A stretch of 64,000 bases of DNA from a bacterium (GTDB lineage Bacteria; Zhuqueibacterota; Zhuqueibacteria; Residuimicrobiales; Krinioviventaceae). Of this stretch, positions 39,598 through 49,529 are shown piece after piece. The translations under genes were made by a program, and so were the position numbers. Every line of letters begins with the position of its first letter. Position 1 is the stretch's first letter. A model generated the notes under the pieces. The model was not told the origin of the DNA. It did not search any database and saw nothing but the letters and a program-made list of their open reading frames with translations. Where the stretch lies: positions 886,647-950,646 of the forward strand of contig CAXXFV010000023.1 of NCBI GenBank assembly GCA_963674595.2. Reading direction: 5' to 3'.

Positions 39598-40965
39598 ATG
39601 TTTGACCAAATAGTCATTCTATCAGGATGGATTCTCAACCTGATAATACTTGCAGGATACCTGCTTGTCGTCCAGTCTTCCCTGAAGGAAAACCGGTTCC
39701 GCCCGCTTCTGGTCTCTTCACTCTTGGCCATCCCGTTGATTTCCCTGCTCACGGTTCTCCTGTTGTTCCCCTTCGATGCAAAGGTTCTTTTTTTCTCCCT
39801 CGTCCTCTCAGTTTTCCTGTTGCTGTTAGCTGGGGTTACCATTCCCTTCGGGAAGAATCCGGTTCTCAAGATCATCGGCAAGCAGGAAAAACTGGATGAG
39901 CGGGACGCGCTGTTTCACAGATTCTATACACTTCATCCCGGCATGCCCGAATTTGATGAATTCTACGACAGCAATCCTGACCTGAGAAATGACGATAATG
40001 AAATCCGCCGGCTGCCCAGGTTTGAAGAGGCTGGAAGCCGTTCCTATCATCCGCTTTCATCACTCTACCAAAAAGCACTTTTTGACCAGATTGAATTTCT
40101 TTCCAGCGGCATTGAAACTCCCCCGGCCAGCCAGGCCCAGGAAGTATCAACCGAGGAAATCACAAGAAGGCTCAAGGGCTTTTCCCGCTACCTGGGGGCT
40201 TCCCTGGTGGGCACTACCAGGCTCAATCCCAACTATATCTATTCCCATGTCGCGAGAGATGCCGACCACTGGGGAGAACCTATAGCACTTAATCATAAGT
40301 ACGCCATGGTATTTGCCGTGGAGATGTCCCACAAAATGGTGCGGCATGCCCCCTGGTCAGAGGTGATCACTGAATCGGCTTTCCAGTATCTTGAAGCAGC
40401 CAGGATTGCCACTGCCGTCTCCCGTTATATTCAGCTGCTGGGCTATGATGCCCGGGCTCATATAGACCAGAACTACCGGGTAATGTGTGTGCCGATCGCG
40501 GTTGACGCGGGATTAGGAGAGCTGGGAAGACTGGGATTGCTGATCACTCCCGAATTCGGTCCTCGGGTCAGGCTCTCGGTAGTAACAACGGAATTACGAC
40601 TTCTCCAGGACCAGCCTGTTCACTTCGGGGTTCAGGATTTCTGCGAGATCTGCAAAAAATGCGCGGTCAACTGTCCTTCCCGATCAATTGATTTCGGTGA
40701 AAAAAAGGTTTACAGGGGGGTTGAAAAATGGCAGTCGCGGATGGAGAATTGTTTCCGTTTCTGGAGACAGCAGGGTTCGGACTGTTCCATATGCCTCAAG
40801 GTCTGCCCCTATTCTCATCCGGATTCCCTTCTTCATAACCTTGTCCGCGGAGCGGTACGGAAAAATCCCCTGGCCCGCCGGCTGGCACTCTGGGGGGATG
40901 ACCTGTTTTACGGAAGAAAGCCGAAAACCGTATATTCCCAGGAGGAATGGCACAAGCGGGTTTAA
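39598..40965 (+). CDS. Reductive dehalogenase-like cobalamin/2x[4Fe-4S] protein with N-terminal transmembrane helices
   Basis: About 3 N-terminal TM helices; DERD; LGASLVG; YIQLLGYDARAH; AGLGELGRLGLLITPEFGPRVRL; FCEICKKCAVNCP; CSICLKVCPY. Confidence 0.85.
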   Translation: MFDQIVILSGWILNLIILAGYLLVVQSSLKENRFRPLLVSSLLAIPLISLLTVLLLFPFDAKVLFFSLVLSVFLLLLAGVTIPFGKNPVLKIIGKQEKLDERDALFHRFYTLHPGMPEFDEFYDSNPDLRNDDNEIRRLPRFEEAGSRSYHPLSSLYQKALFDQIEFLSSGIETPPASQAQEVSTEEITRRLKGFSRYLGASLVGTTRLNPNYIYSHVARDADHWGEPIALNHKYAMVFAVEMSHKMVRHAPWSEVITESAFQYLEAARIATAVSRYIQLLGYDARAHIDQNYRVMCVPIAVDAGLGELGRLGLLITPEFGPRVRLSVVTTELRLLQDQPVHFGVQDFCEICKKCAVNCPSRSIDFGEKKVYRGVEKWQSRMENCFRFWRQQGSDCSICLKVCPYSHPDSLLHNLVRGAVRKNPLARRLALWGDDLFYGRKPKTVYSQEEWHKRV

Positions 40966-41051
40966 CAACTTTTTGATTTTTTAAACCTGCTGGTTCCAAT
41001 AAAATTGCTGCATTATTGACAATCAAACCTTTATAGGCGCAGGGTATTAAT

Positions 41052-42038
41052 TTGAAACTGCCAAAAAACAAGCTGCAAATGCTCTCCAGCTGGTGGGAGG
41101 GTTATTCCGCCTACGATGCCGACTCTTGCAGAACCAGCCTCACAGGTCCTGTCGGCGTTCAGATTCAGACTATCAATCAATGCAACGGGACCTGTATTAT
41201 GTGCCCTTATTCCACATCAGCTCCCAGCCAGACAAAGACTCAAATGGATGATCGTCTTTTCATCCATGTTATCAATCAAATAAAAAAAACCGGCTCCGTC
41301 AAAACGCTGGCAATGATGCTGCAGAACGAACCCCTGCTTGATTCGGGCCTGGAACAGCGTATACGACAAGCACGGAGCATCCTTGGTGAAGATGTAATAA
41401 TCCGTACAGTTACAAACGGAGTTTTGCTGGACAGGCAGCGCACCGATGCCCTGTTAGGCAGCAGCATTAATCAAATATATGTAAGTATCGACGCCTTCAC
41501 TGCTCAAACCTTTGAAAAAATTCGCCGGGGCCTGCCCTTTGAAAGGGTTGTCCAAAATACCCTCTATCTCTTGCAAAAGGCTCCGGGATACGGGGTAACT
41601 GTTACAGTGAAGTTCCTCAGGCAGGAGATCAACCAGGAAGAGCAAAAAGACTTTGTCAGATTCTGGAGCTCCAGGGGAGCAAGGGTAAGCATCGACAAGC
41701 TCACCAACAGGGCCGGATCAATAGGTGAATACAAAAAGCTGAAAAGAAAGAAACTTTCCCCGCAACAGCTGATCTTACATCCAGTACTGAACCGGATGAT
41801 CCCTTGCTGTCCTTTACCTTTTTCTTCTCTCGGAATTCTTGCGGACGGAAAAGTCGTGTTGTGCTGTCATGACTGGGAGCATAAGGAAATACTTGGAGAC
41901 TTAGGCTCGGAAAGCCTGGGGGAAATCTGGAATGGCGAAAAAATAAATCACCATCGGCAACTTCTTGTTGAAAAAAGGGCGGATGAAAGCGGCACGTGCA
42001 GGGGCTGCAGCCTTTCAAAAAAATTCTGGGGTGACTGA
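41052..42038 (+). CDS. Radical SAM protein with SPASM/twitch domain
   Basis: CNGTCIMC; QNEPLLD; VTNG; NRAG; CPLPF...DGKVVLCCHDW...LG...IWN...CRGC. Confidence 0.92.
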   Translation: MKLPKNKLQMLSSWWEGYSAYDADSCRTSLTGPVGVQIQTINQCNGTCIMCPYSTSAPSQTKTQMDDRLFIHVINQIKKTGSVKTLAMMLQNEPLLDSGLEQRIRQARSILGEDVIIRTVTNGVLLDRQRTDALLGSSINQIYVSIDAFTAQTFEKIRRGLPFERVVQNTLYLLQKAPGYGVTVTVKFLRQEINQEEQKDFVRFWSSRGARVSIDKLTNRAGSIGEYKKLKRKKLSPQQLILHPVLNRMIPCCPLPFSSLGILADGKVVLCCHDWEHKEILGDLGSESLGEIWNGEKINHHRQLLVEKRADESGTCRGCSLSKKFWGD

Positions 42039-42238
42039 TCTACTCCCGATTGACCGCCCAGATGCCCGGGAATTAGGAAGCTGCCTGTCGGGTGAGGCTT
42101 CAGTCCATGAAATATTTCCCCGATGCTGATCCTCCGCGATCACCTTCAGGTCCCCAGCCGCAGGCCCTCTGAAATGTATAAACCGGCGAATCGAGAACAC
42201 CCTCCGCGAATTCCCATGACTTGCAATAAACAGGCGTG

Positions 42239-42267
42239 TAGACAAAAATAGTTCCTGTTCTGATAAT
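42239..42267 (+). promoter_or_regulatory. Candidate sigma70 promoter for rubrerythrin
   Basis: TAGACA-17 nt-GATAAT, 55 nt upstream of the ATG with an AAGGAG RBS. Confidence 0.4.
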
Positions 42268-42322
42268 ATTCCATGACAAACAGGCACTGGACGCAATCTC
42301 AACCAATACAAAGGAGATACGA

Positions 42323-42844
42323 ATGAGCAAAACTACTGACAACCTGAAAGCGGCTTTTGCCGGGGAATCCGAAGCCCGCAATAAATACACTTTTTTCGCC
42401 AAGGTCGCCCGCAAAGAAGGCTATAACTATATCGCCAGAATATTTGAGGAAACCGCGGAAAACGAAATGCGTCATGCCAATGATCATTTCAAAATGCTGA
42501 ATGGCCTCGGTGATACCGCTGCTAACCTGAAAGAAGCCATGGATGGCGAAAATTATGAAACAGTAACCATGTATCCCACTTTTGCCAAGGAGGCGGAGGA
42601 GGAAGGGAACATGGAAGCGGCACTGCTTTTTACCCAGATCGGCAAAGTCGAAGCCGAACACCGGGAAAGATACAAGCGGCTTCTCGAAATGGTGGAAAAC
42701 GGTACCGTGTATAAGCGCGAAGAGCCTATCAAATGGAAATGCTCCCTCTGCGGATGCACCTATATCGGGACTGAGCCTCCGCCGAAATGTCCCTGCTGCA
42801 GCCACCCAACCAAATATTTCGAACCGGCTGACATGGACCTGTAA
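42323..42844 (+). CDS. rbr: Rubrerythrin
   Basis: AFAGESEARNKY, ENEMRHA, GENYE..TMYP, VEAEH, C-terminal rubredoxin-like WKCSLCG...CPCC. Confidence 0.95.
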   Translation: MSKTTDNLKAAFAGESEARNKYTFFAKVARKEGYNYIARIFEETAENEMRHANDHFKMLNGLGDTAANLKEAMDGENYETVTMYPTFAKEAEEEGNMEAALLFTQIGKVEAEHRERYKRLLEMVENGTVYKREEPIKWKCSLCGCTYIGTEPPPKCPCCSHPTKYFEPADMDL

Positions 42845-42929
42845 AAACCTCTCCCGGCCGCCCATTCAAGACCGCGGCCGGGACACAAACCCTGCCGGCA
42901 ATAGTTTATGAACACAGTAGAACCGTTAA

Positions 42930-43265
42930 ATGATAATCGTTTTAATCAGGTTTAACCTATTCTGCGCTGTAACAATTATCACCGTTATAATTGTTTCTGC
43001 TTTAAAAAACGAACACAAAATGGCGGTTTCAGAGCTACAGGATGCCCTGCGTGAAATCAAAACCCTTAGCGGGTTCATACCTATTTGCTCCCACTGTAAG
43101 AATATCCGGGATGATTCAGGCTATTGGAACCAGCTGGAAGCCTATATCCTCAAACATTCTGACGCTCAGCTATCTCATGGTATCTGCCCCTCATGTATGG
43201 ATAAATACTACGGAGAAAAAGTAATGAACTCTGAAGAAACCGATCTGCCCCTCATGTATGGATAA
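42930..43265 (+). CDS. Small TM + coiled-coil protein with CxxC...HGICPxC module (possibly an N-terminally truncated sensor)
   Basis: ELQDALREIKTLSGFIPICSHCKNIRDDSGYWNQLEAYI..HSDAQLSHGICPSC; 3' end altered by tandem duplication. Confidence 0.75.
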   Translation: MIIVLIRFNLFCAVTIITVIIVSALKNEHKMAVSELQDALREIKTLSGFIPICSHCKNIRDDSGYWNQLEAYILKHSDAQLSHGICPSCMDKYYGEKVMNSEETDLPLMYG

Positions 43266-43301
43266 ATACTACGGAGAAAAAGTAATGAACTCTGAAGAAA
43301 C
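43182..43301 (+). repeat. Perfect 59-bp tandem duplication (period 61)
   Basis: atctgcccctcatgtatggataaatactacggagaaaaagtaatgaactctgaagaaac at 43182-43240 and 43243-43301. Confidence 0.95.
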
Positions 43302-43428
43302 AGAGAACAGGGGAGTGATCCCTTTCTATATACAGAAGCGATCCCCTTTCCAACAGCGACATTCTTTGCCGTGGAATTTTAATTCAGGTATGAATCTATT
43401 GAATCCTTGGTAAAAACACCCGCCTCTA

Positions 43429-44376
43429 TCAGGATGCAAACTGCAGGATGCGGTGAATCAGTTCACTGCGGCTGTTAACCCCGGCCTTCTGGTATACGTT
43501 ATAAAGATGATTTTTGACAGTACTGAAGGAGATACAGAGGATATCTTCAATCTCCTTATTGCTCTTCCCGGCCATCACCTGCTGAATAATCTCCCGTTCC
43601 CGTTTAGAGATGCCGAATTTTCCGCAAAATTCCGTCAGCTTCTCTTCATAGCCTTCGGTTATCTCTATTTCAGGATTTCCCTTTTCGTAAAAATACCTCA
43701 GCCACAGAAGCGGACACAGGTTGATAAGCAGGAGCATTACCGGATCGTAATAATTATGAATATCTGAACGAAACAGGTAAAAGTCAAGGTGGGCAACCGC
43801 AAACAGGCTGTAACCAACAAGAAATATCCAGCAAAAGGACCTGACAGAATTCAGATCCCGGCCTTTTCCTACGGGATAAAACAATCCTGAAACAAGAATA
43901 CCCAGGATAATAAGGATCATTGAAAAGATCCATGCCGCATGAACCAGGTAAAAAACCCGCCACTGTGTATCCCTGAAAAGCAGAAGCAGTCCATAGACGG
44001 ATGCCGCCGCAAAAAGGATAACCCAGGCTCCCAGCAGCCGGCCCCCGGCTTTCGACAGCACCCTACCCTTAAGACGTTCCACCAGCCTGCAGAGACTCAG
44101 GGTTATTGCAAACTCCGCGCAAAAAACCCCAAAAAGCAGCAATGAAGCCAAAACCGGAGATTCCATTACCAGGGAAGGATCATTTTTGACTACATTTGTA
44201 CGGGCATACTGGTAACAAAAATCGACGATATTCAGTCCGTTGAAACTGAGGATATAGGCCAGGAGTGTAACCAGAAAAGGCCGGCGCAACCTTCTCCAGG
44301 CCCCGAAGACGTAGAGAAATACCGCTGTCCCGGCTAAAAGGTTTATTACTAGGGCAAAAATTATCAGGTGACTCAT
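43429..44376 (-). CDS. Multi-TM membrane protein with C-terminal LuxR HTH (one-component regulator)
   Basis: About 7 TM helices; FGISKREREII..VMAGKSNKEI..LCISFSTVKNHLYNVYQK. Confidence 0.9.
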   Translation of the reverse strand: MSHLIIFALVINLLAGTAVFLYVFGAWRRLRRPFLVTLLAYILSFNGLNIVDFCYQYARTNVVKNDPSLVMESPVLASLLLFGVFCAEFAITLSLCRLVERLKGRVLSKAGGRLLGAWVILFAAASVYGLLLLFRDTQWRVFYLVHAAWIFSMILIILGILVSGLFYPVGKGRDLNSVRSFCWIFLVGYSLFAVAHLDFYLFRSDIHNYYDPVMLLLINLCPLLWLRYFYEKGNPEIEITEGYEEKLTEFCGKFGISKREREIIQQVMAGKSNKEIEDILCISFSTVKNHLYNVYQKAGVNSRSELIHRILQFAS

Positions 44377-44460
44377 AAAAACCGCTAACCATATTTCATA
44401 CACCCCCGCGGCCAACTGTCAAGCACAATTATCTCTTGCGCCGGTTCCTCTCCATTCTTC

Positions 44461-44505
44461 ATGGGAATAATTTCCCATTTTGAAAAATGAGACTTATTTC
44501 CCATT
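44461..44505. promoter_or_regulatory. Candidate operator between the divergent LuxR-type regulator and esterase genes
   Basis: Palindrome ATGGGAA-TAAT-TTCCCAT (44461-44478) and a second degenerate copy ATGAGAC-TTA-TTTCCCAT; ATTTCCCATTT occurs twice. Confidence 0.5.
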
Positions 44506-44561
44506 TACCGACCGGCTTCGCAGGCCTAGACTGATCAGGAAAAACCAATCTCAATTAAATC

Positions 44562-45929
44562 ATGAAAGAAGAGGAGGCGGGAATAATGAACAGTAACCTC
44601 AGGACGAGCTTAATAATTTTTACGGCAATATTAATTTCAGCGAACCTGGCCGTTACGGCCCAGGATTCCGGAATCACGCGGGACATTCTGAGGGCATCTT
44701 CCATACCGGTACTCTCGATAAATCCTGATTCCGGCGATCAGGACCTGGAATTCCTGGAGGATTTCATCGGGGATGCCCCGATAGTTGTACTCGGTGAAAG
44801 CCAGCACCTGATGAGTGAGCAGTACCTGTTCAAACACAGGGTCACCAGGTACCTGGTTGAGAATATGGGTTTTCGCCACATTGCAATTGAGGACAGCTAT
44901 CCCGGGACAATTGCCATTGATGACTACCTCAAAGGCGCTGACATCTCTCCGGCAAAGGCCCTTGAAAAAACCGGGGCCTGGTATTTATGGGACACCGAAG
45001 AAATGCTTTCCTTGATAGAGTGGTTAAGATCCCATAATGACCAGGTGCAGGCAAATAAAAAAGTCGCCTACACCGGAATCGATATCGAAGATCCCTGGCC
45101 GGGAATCGAATATCTTCTGCGGTATTTCTCCGGGGTCGACAAAGAATTCGCGCGGTATCTTGAAAACCGCCAATCGCTGCTCGCGGTTTTCGATCAGCCT
45201 ATCTGGTTCATCATTAAGAACAAGTATGCTGAACTATCTAAGGATGAAATCTCGGATATAGGCTCCACCCTGGGAAAGACCGGGAAACAACTGCAAAGCC
45301 ATCATGATACCTACCTGGCTGAGAGCGGGAAGAAACGGTACAGGGATTGTGTCGAGGTCGTCAAGAACCTGAAGAAAGCCCACCTGTACTTCATTGAACT
45401 CCAGACCATAGGTGACAGTGAGGTGGGAATCAGGGAAAAAACAATGTTTCATAATATCGTCAGGATAGTAGAAGAAGGAGGACCAGAAGAAAAAATTATC
45501 GTATGGGTTCATAACGCCCACGCGGCCAAGAGTCCCGTCGCCCTGCTTGGCACCAGCAACCGCGACACCGAAGAAATGAAACTGCTTGGTTATATGCTGG
45601 CCGAAAAATATGGAGACCGGGTTGTCTCCATAGGCATGGCCTCACCGGGAGACAAAAATACCAAATCCGACTTTCAGCCGCAGCCGGACGTGCTGGACCA
45701 TCTATTGGCGGAAACCGGCCTCGAATTCTCTTTCCTCAATATCGCAGCCCTGGAATCGCCGGAAAACGGCAAAAATCTGTTGGACTCACCCTGGAAACTT
45801 ACGGCAGATCAGGGCGGACACCTGTTACTGAATCCCGCCGCAGCCTTCGAAGGCATCTTTTTCATAAAGCATGTAACGGGGGCGAGGCATTCCTCAAAAT
45901 CTGCCGAAAGAATGAAAACACTGTTTTGA
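44562..45929 (+). CDS. Erythromycin esterase family protein, exported
   Basis: VVLGESQH, LVENMGFRHIAIE, WDTEEML.LIEWLR.HN, GID, REKTM..N, VWVHNAH; signal peptide. Confidence 0.88.
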   Translation: MKEEEAGIMNSNLRTSLIIFTAILISANLAVTAQDSGITRDILRASSIPVLSINPDSGDQDLEFLEDFIGDAPIVVLGESQHLMSEQYLFKHRVTRYLVENMGFRHIAIEDSYPGTIAIDDYLKGADISPAKALEKTGAWYLWDTEEMLSLIEWLRSHNDQVQANKKVAYTGIDIEDPWPGIEYLLRYFSGVDKEFARYLENRQSLLAVFDQPIWFIIKNKYAELSKDEISDIGSTLGKTGKQLQSHHDTYLAESGKKRYRDCVEVVKNLKKAHLYFIELQTIGDSEVGIREKTMFHNIVRIVEEGGPEEKIIVWVHNAHAAKSPVALLGTSNRDTEEMKLLGYMLAEKYGDRVVSIGMASPGDKNTKSDFQPQPDVLDHLLAETGLEFSFLNIAALESPENGKNLLDSPWKLTADQGGHLLLNPAAAFEGIFFIKHVTGARHSSKSAERMKTLF

Positions 45930-46036
45930 AATAACTCTCATCCCATAGTCAGCCATGAATCCTTTGATGCCCTCCAAAATTCAGTCATCCGCATGGTTAA
46001 ACCTTTTCCTGATTCGGCGGGCACTGAATCCAGGTT

Positions 46037-46067
46037 CCGGCAGGATGGAAAAAATCTATCCTGCCGG
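46037..46067. terminator. Hairpin between convergent genes
   Basis: ccggcaggat-ggaaaaaatct-atcctgccgg. Confidence 0.4.
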
Positions 46068-46200
46068 CGCCGGGAGATCACGTTAATCCTGCTGTTTAGG
46101 TTTCCTCTGTCACTTACACCTCTATAGAGAAAAAAATTTCGTCCATTATAATATTCCCTAAAAACCTTAATCACAGGAAATTATTTGCATATCTGGTAAC

Positions 46201-46914
46201 TTAGGTTCTACTCTTGTTTCTGGAGGGAATAAAGAGCTGGGCCCGCTTCAGTACACTGCACGAAAAAAGAAAAAAACCGGCTGCCAGGAGCAATTCAGCC
46301 ATCTCCTGGTCCCGCCAGGATATCAACTGCCCTGATACAGAAAATCCTGTCGCGGACATTATCCCGCCCAAGTGATATGAAAGCTCAAAATACAGGTAAA
46401 CAAAAATTACCGGAAGAAAATAGGTGCTGATATACCAGGGTGGAACTGCATTGCCCCATCGAGATTTCCCTGATATGAGGGCAGCCAGCCATCCCACAGC
46501 ACCGGCCATTCCGGTCAGGATATAACCCAGGTGCAGCAAAGGCTGGAACACAGACAGGTTGTGAATAGTAAGTTCCCGCTGGACATTATGACGGTCAAAA
46601 AACCCGGGGCTTTCCAGCGCCATTATCCTCTGTCCCCAGCTAATCTCCTCAGCACAAACCAGCGCGAGTCCCAGGCTTAGGGCCAGGTATATCAGGGCGA
46701 AAACCTTTGTTCCCTTCGTGAAGAATAGCCTTGAGGCAACCAGGAAAAATGCCGCGGCAGAAAGATATAAAAACACCTGCGCAATCTCGAAAAAACCGTC
46801 CTCTGCGACAAGGGAACGGCAGAATCCCGGCGAGGAAAATCTGATTGCGGCAAAAATCGAAATAAAAAAAACCGGAAATATAAATAATAAAATTTTGAAA
46901 ATATTCTTTATCAT
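46201..46914 (-). CDS. Uncharacterised integral membrane protein
   Basis: EDGFFE, EEISWGQR, NVQRELTIHN, QEMAE motifs; multiple TM helices; start moved to ATG 46914. Confidence 0.75.
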   Translation of the reverse strand: MIKNIFKILLFIFPVFFISIFAAIRFSSPGFCRSLVAEDGFFEIAQVFLYLSAAAFFLVASRLFFTKGTKVFALIYLALSLGLALVCAEEISWGQRIMALESPGFFDRHNVQRELTIHNLSVFQPLLHLGYILTGMAGAVGWLAALISGKSRWGNAVPPWYISTYFLPVIFVYLYFELSYHLGGIMSATGFSVSGQLISWRDQEMAELLLAAGFFLFSCSVLKRAQLFIPSRNKSRT

Positions 46915-47044
46915 CCTCTGCAAGATTCCTGTTAACTGCCGCGATTCGTTGTCCCCATCATCTTCCGGGAAACTCAAATCCTCACCAAGGACAGCCGCAA
47001 TCCCACTCCTTAAACATCTGAAACAAATCCACCGGGCCATTCAA

Positions 47045-47719
47045 TCATGCGGATTTCTCTTCATGCATGACTTCGATAATCTCCCGAAAACATATCCTGG
47101 CAAAATAACCGGCCCAGGTCACAATTCCAAGGTACTTAAACCCGTCCTCGACCAGGATCCTGTAATTCCCGTCAATATATCGTTCAATCTGATGATGTCC
47201 CATGTCGATAAGGACAGACATTCCCCAAAATCCAAATACAACCAGCAGAAGAATGTATTCGGTATTCAGCAGCTGTTTCCTGAAAACCACCCCGCCAATA
47301 AAGAATAAAAAAATGTAGGCCGCATAAGAATGGAGCTCCTGCAGGCCTAAATAGGCCTTAAACAGGCATTCATGAAACATAAAAAAATCATCTGCCAGAA
47401 GAATCGAAGTCAACACCGCGGAATAAAGGAGAAAAGGTAAAAAATCCCTTTCCTTGTTCAAGCGCCATAAAACAAAGCTGGAGAAAAAAAGGATGGCCGC
47501 GCAGGCCGCGAAAAACAGCACCCCCAGGTTGGATATCACTCCGGCCAGGGGATGGAGTCCCCCCAGGACCTGGGGTTCGCGCATGAAATAATGAACAGCG
47601 ACGCCCCGGTCCAGATGCCTTACCAGTACCGCTGCCAGGCAAAGAACAGGAAAAAAATACAGGAAAGCCAGGAAAGTCAACATTTTAATTAACTTTGTGT
47701 TCACTTCATAAATCCTCAA
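47045..47719 (-). CDS. Uncharacterised integral membrane protein
   Basis: GVISNLG, LLADDFFMFHE, EDGFKYLGI motifs; 6-7 TM helices. Confidence 0.75.
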   Translation of the reverse strand: MRIYEVNTKLIKMLTFLAFLYFFPVLCLAAVLVRHLDRGVAVHYFMREPQVLGGLHPLAGVISNLGVLFFAACAAILFFSSFVLWRLNKERDFLPFLLYSAVLTSILLADDFFMFHECLFKAYLGLQELHSYAAYIFLFFIGGVVFRKQLLNTEYILLLVVFGFWGMSVLIDMGHHQIERYIDGNYRILVEDGFKYLGIVTWAGYFARICFREIIEVMHEEKSA

Positions 47720-48073
47720 TTAACTGAATCCTTATACCAAAAATGCCTGTCTGCTTTGAGCCAGTTCTGCCGCATATATCTTGAACCACGGAAGATCATC
47801 ACCTGAAAATCCCGGTTCTTTAAGGCCTTCCCTAAAATCAAAGCTAAGAGGAAATCCAGGGAATACAAACTGCTCTCACCGGAGAGAACCTGAATCCTAT
47901 CAATCAGCTATCGTGCAGAACAGCCTGTCCTCACCGGATAAATAACGCGGAAGTAAGAATACCCATGAAAACCTTCCAAAGCAAAATTATCACCTCACTG
48001 GATCTTTTTATGTTTTCATAGTCATGAATCATCAGTTGAATCACGTCAAAATAAAAGGGAGCAGAGTTGACCT

Positions 48074-49478
48074 ATGACAGATCCGTCAGAATCAAAAATC
48101 CCGCTTTCAAAAAAGATTAGCCTACTCATTTCCGGCATTTTCCCTGGCTGTAGTGGGGATTCCGGTCTATGTTTACATACCGAAGTTTTATACCGATGTA
48201 GTCGGAATCAACATCATCCTTCTAGGTTACATACTGCTCAGCGTTCGGGTATTTGACGCCCTGACAGACCCGGTCCTGGGATACATTTCGGACCGGACTC
48301 GTTCCAGGATGGGCCGAAGGCGTCCTTACATAGCATGGGGTTCGATATTTGTAGCTCTTTCCATGTATTTTCTTTTTAATCCCCCCCACGCTTCCCCCTC
48401 CCAGGAAACCGTCTGGTTCATGGTTTTTATATATGTGCTTTTTCTAAGCTGGACAGTTGTTACTGTCCCTTATGAGGCGCTCGGTCCCGAAATAACCTTT
48501 GATTACAATGAACGCACCACTATTTTCGGGATAAGGGACGGCCTGCTCATAGCCGGCACCCTGGCCGCCGCGAGTGCGCCAGTGGCCGTGGAGTGGATTT
48601 TCAGCCTCTCGAATGATCCGGACGGTGAGAGGCTCAAATTTTTCTGGATATCAATAATTTACGCTCCCCTTCTAATCGGATCCTGCTGGCTCTGCGTATT
48701 TGCCGTCAGGGAAATACGGTTACGGCACGATCCGGGAACCACCAGTATTTGGAATGGTCTCCGCCATACATTCCGCAACCGGCCCTTTGTAATCCTCCTG
48801 TCGGCCTATACGATAAGCGCCATCGGCAGCAACCTGCCGGCAGCGTTGATTCTGTATTACGTTGAATACGTACTCCAATCCCAAATGGCCGAAGCTTTCC
48901 TCCTGCTCTATTTCGTTACCGGGATCATATTTCTGCCGGGATGGATTGCCATCTCAAAAAGCAGGGGTAAAAAGACAGCCTGGCTGGCATCAATGGCTAT
49001 CAACAGCGGGGCCTTTGCCGGGGTATTTTTTCTTGGCCCGGGAGACACCACCCTTTATGGAATCCTGGTTTTCCTCTCGGGAACCGGATTTGGTGCAACC
49101 CTGGCCATACCTTCCTCCATACAGGCCGACGTTATTGATTATGATGAACTGATGACCAATGAAAGAAGGGAGGGACAGTACGTAGGCCTCTGGGCCATCT
49201 CCAAAAAACTGGCAGCCGCTGTGGGGGTGGGGGCCGGCCTCTCGATCCTGGGAATGTCAGGCTACGTTCCCAATGCTGAGCAAACCGAACAGGTACGGCT
49301 GGCCCTGCGCATCCTATACGCCCTGGTCCCTTCAGCCTGCAACCTGCTGGCAATCCTGATTGCCCTCAAATATCCGATCACTGAATCCCTGCATAAAGAA
49401 ATCCGGGAAAGTATTAGCATGAGAAAACAGGGGCAACCCGTGGCAAACCCTTTGAACACTGATCAGATTATTGCCTGA
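48074..49478 (+). CDS. MFS glycoside-pentoside-hexuronide (MelB/GPH) family transporter; 1-nt frameshift in A6 run at 48109-48114
   Basis: RVFDALTDPVLGYISDRTRSRMGRRRPY, PYEALGPEITFDYNERT, ADVIDYDEL...RREG; removing one A joins MTDPSESKIPLSK to RLAYSFPAFSLAVVGIP. Confidence 0.88.
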
Positions 49479-49529
49479 AAAGCTCTGCGATATCCCACGT
49501 GAAGCGACTGGATCAGGGCCAATTATTGA

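Noticed and set aside
43182-43301. Possible CRISPR or mini-array
   Set aside because: Only two 59-bp copies with a 2-nt spacer, the sequence is coding, and no cas genes are present
48109-48115. A_AAA_AAG slippery heptamer as a programmed -1 frameshift in the MFS gene
   Set aside because: Joining the two ORFs needs a +1 shift (loss of one A); -1 slippage would enter the wrong frame
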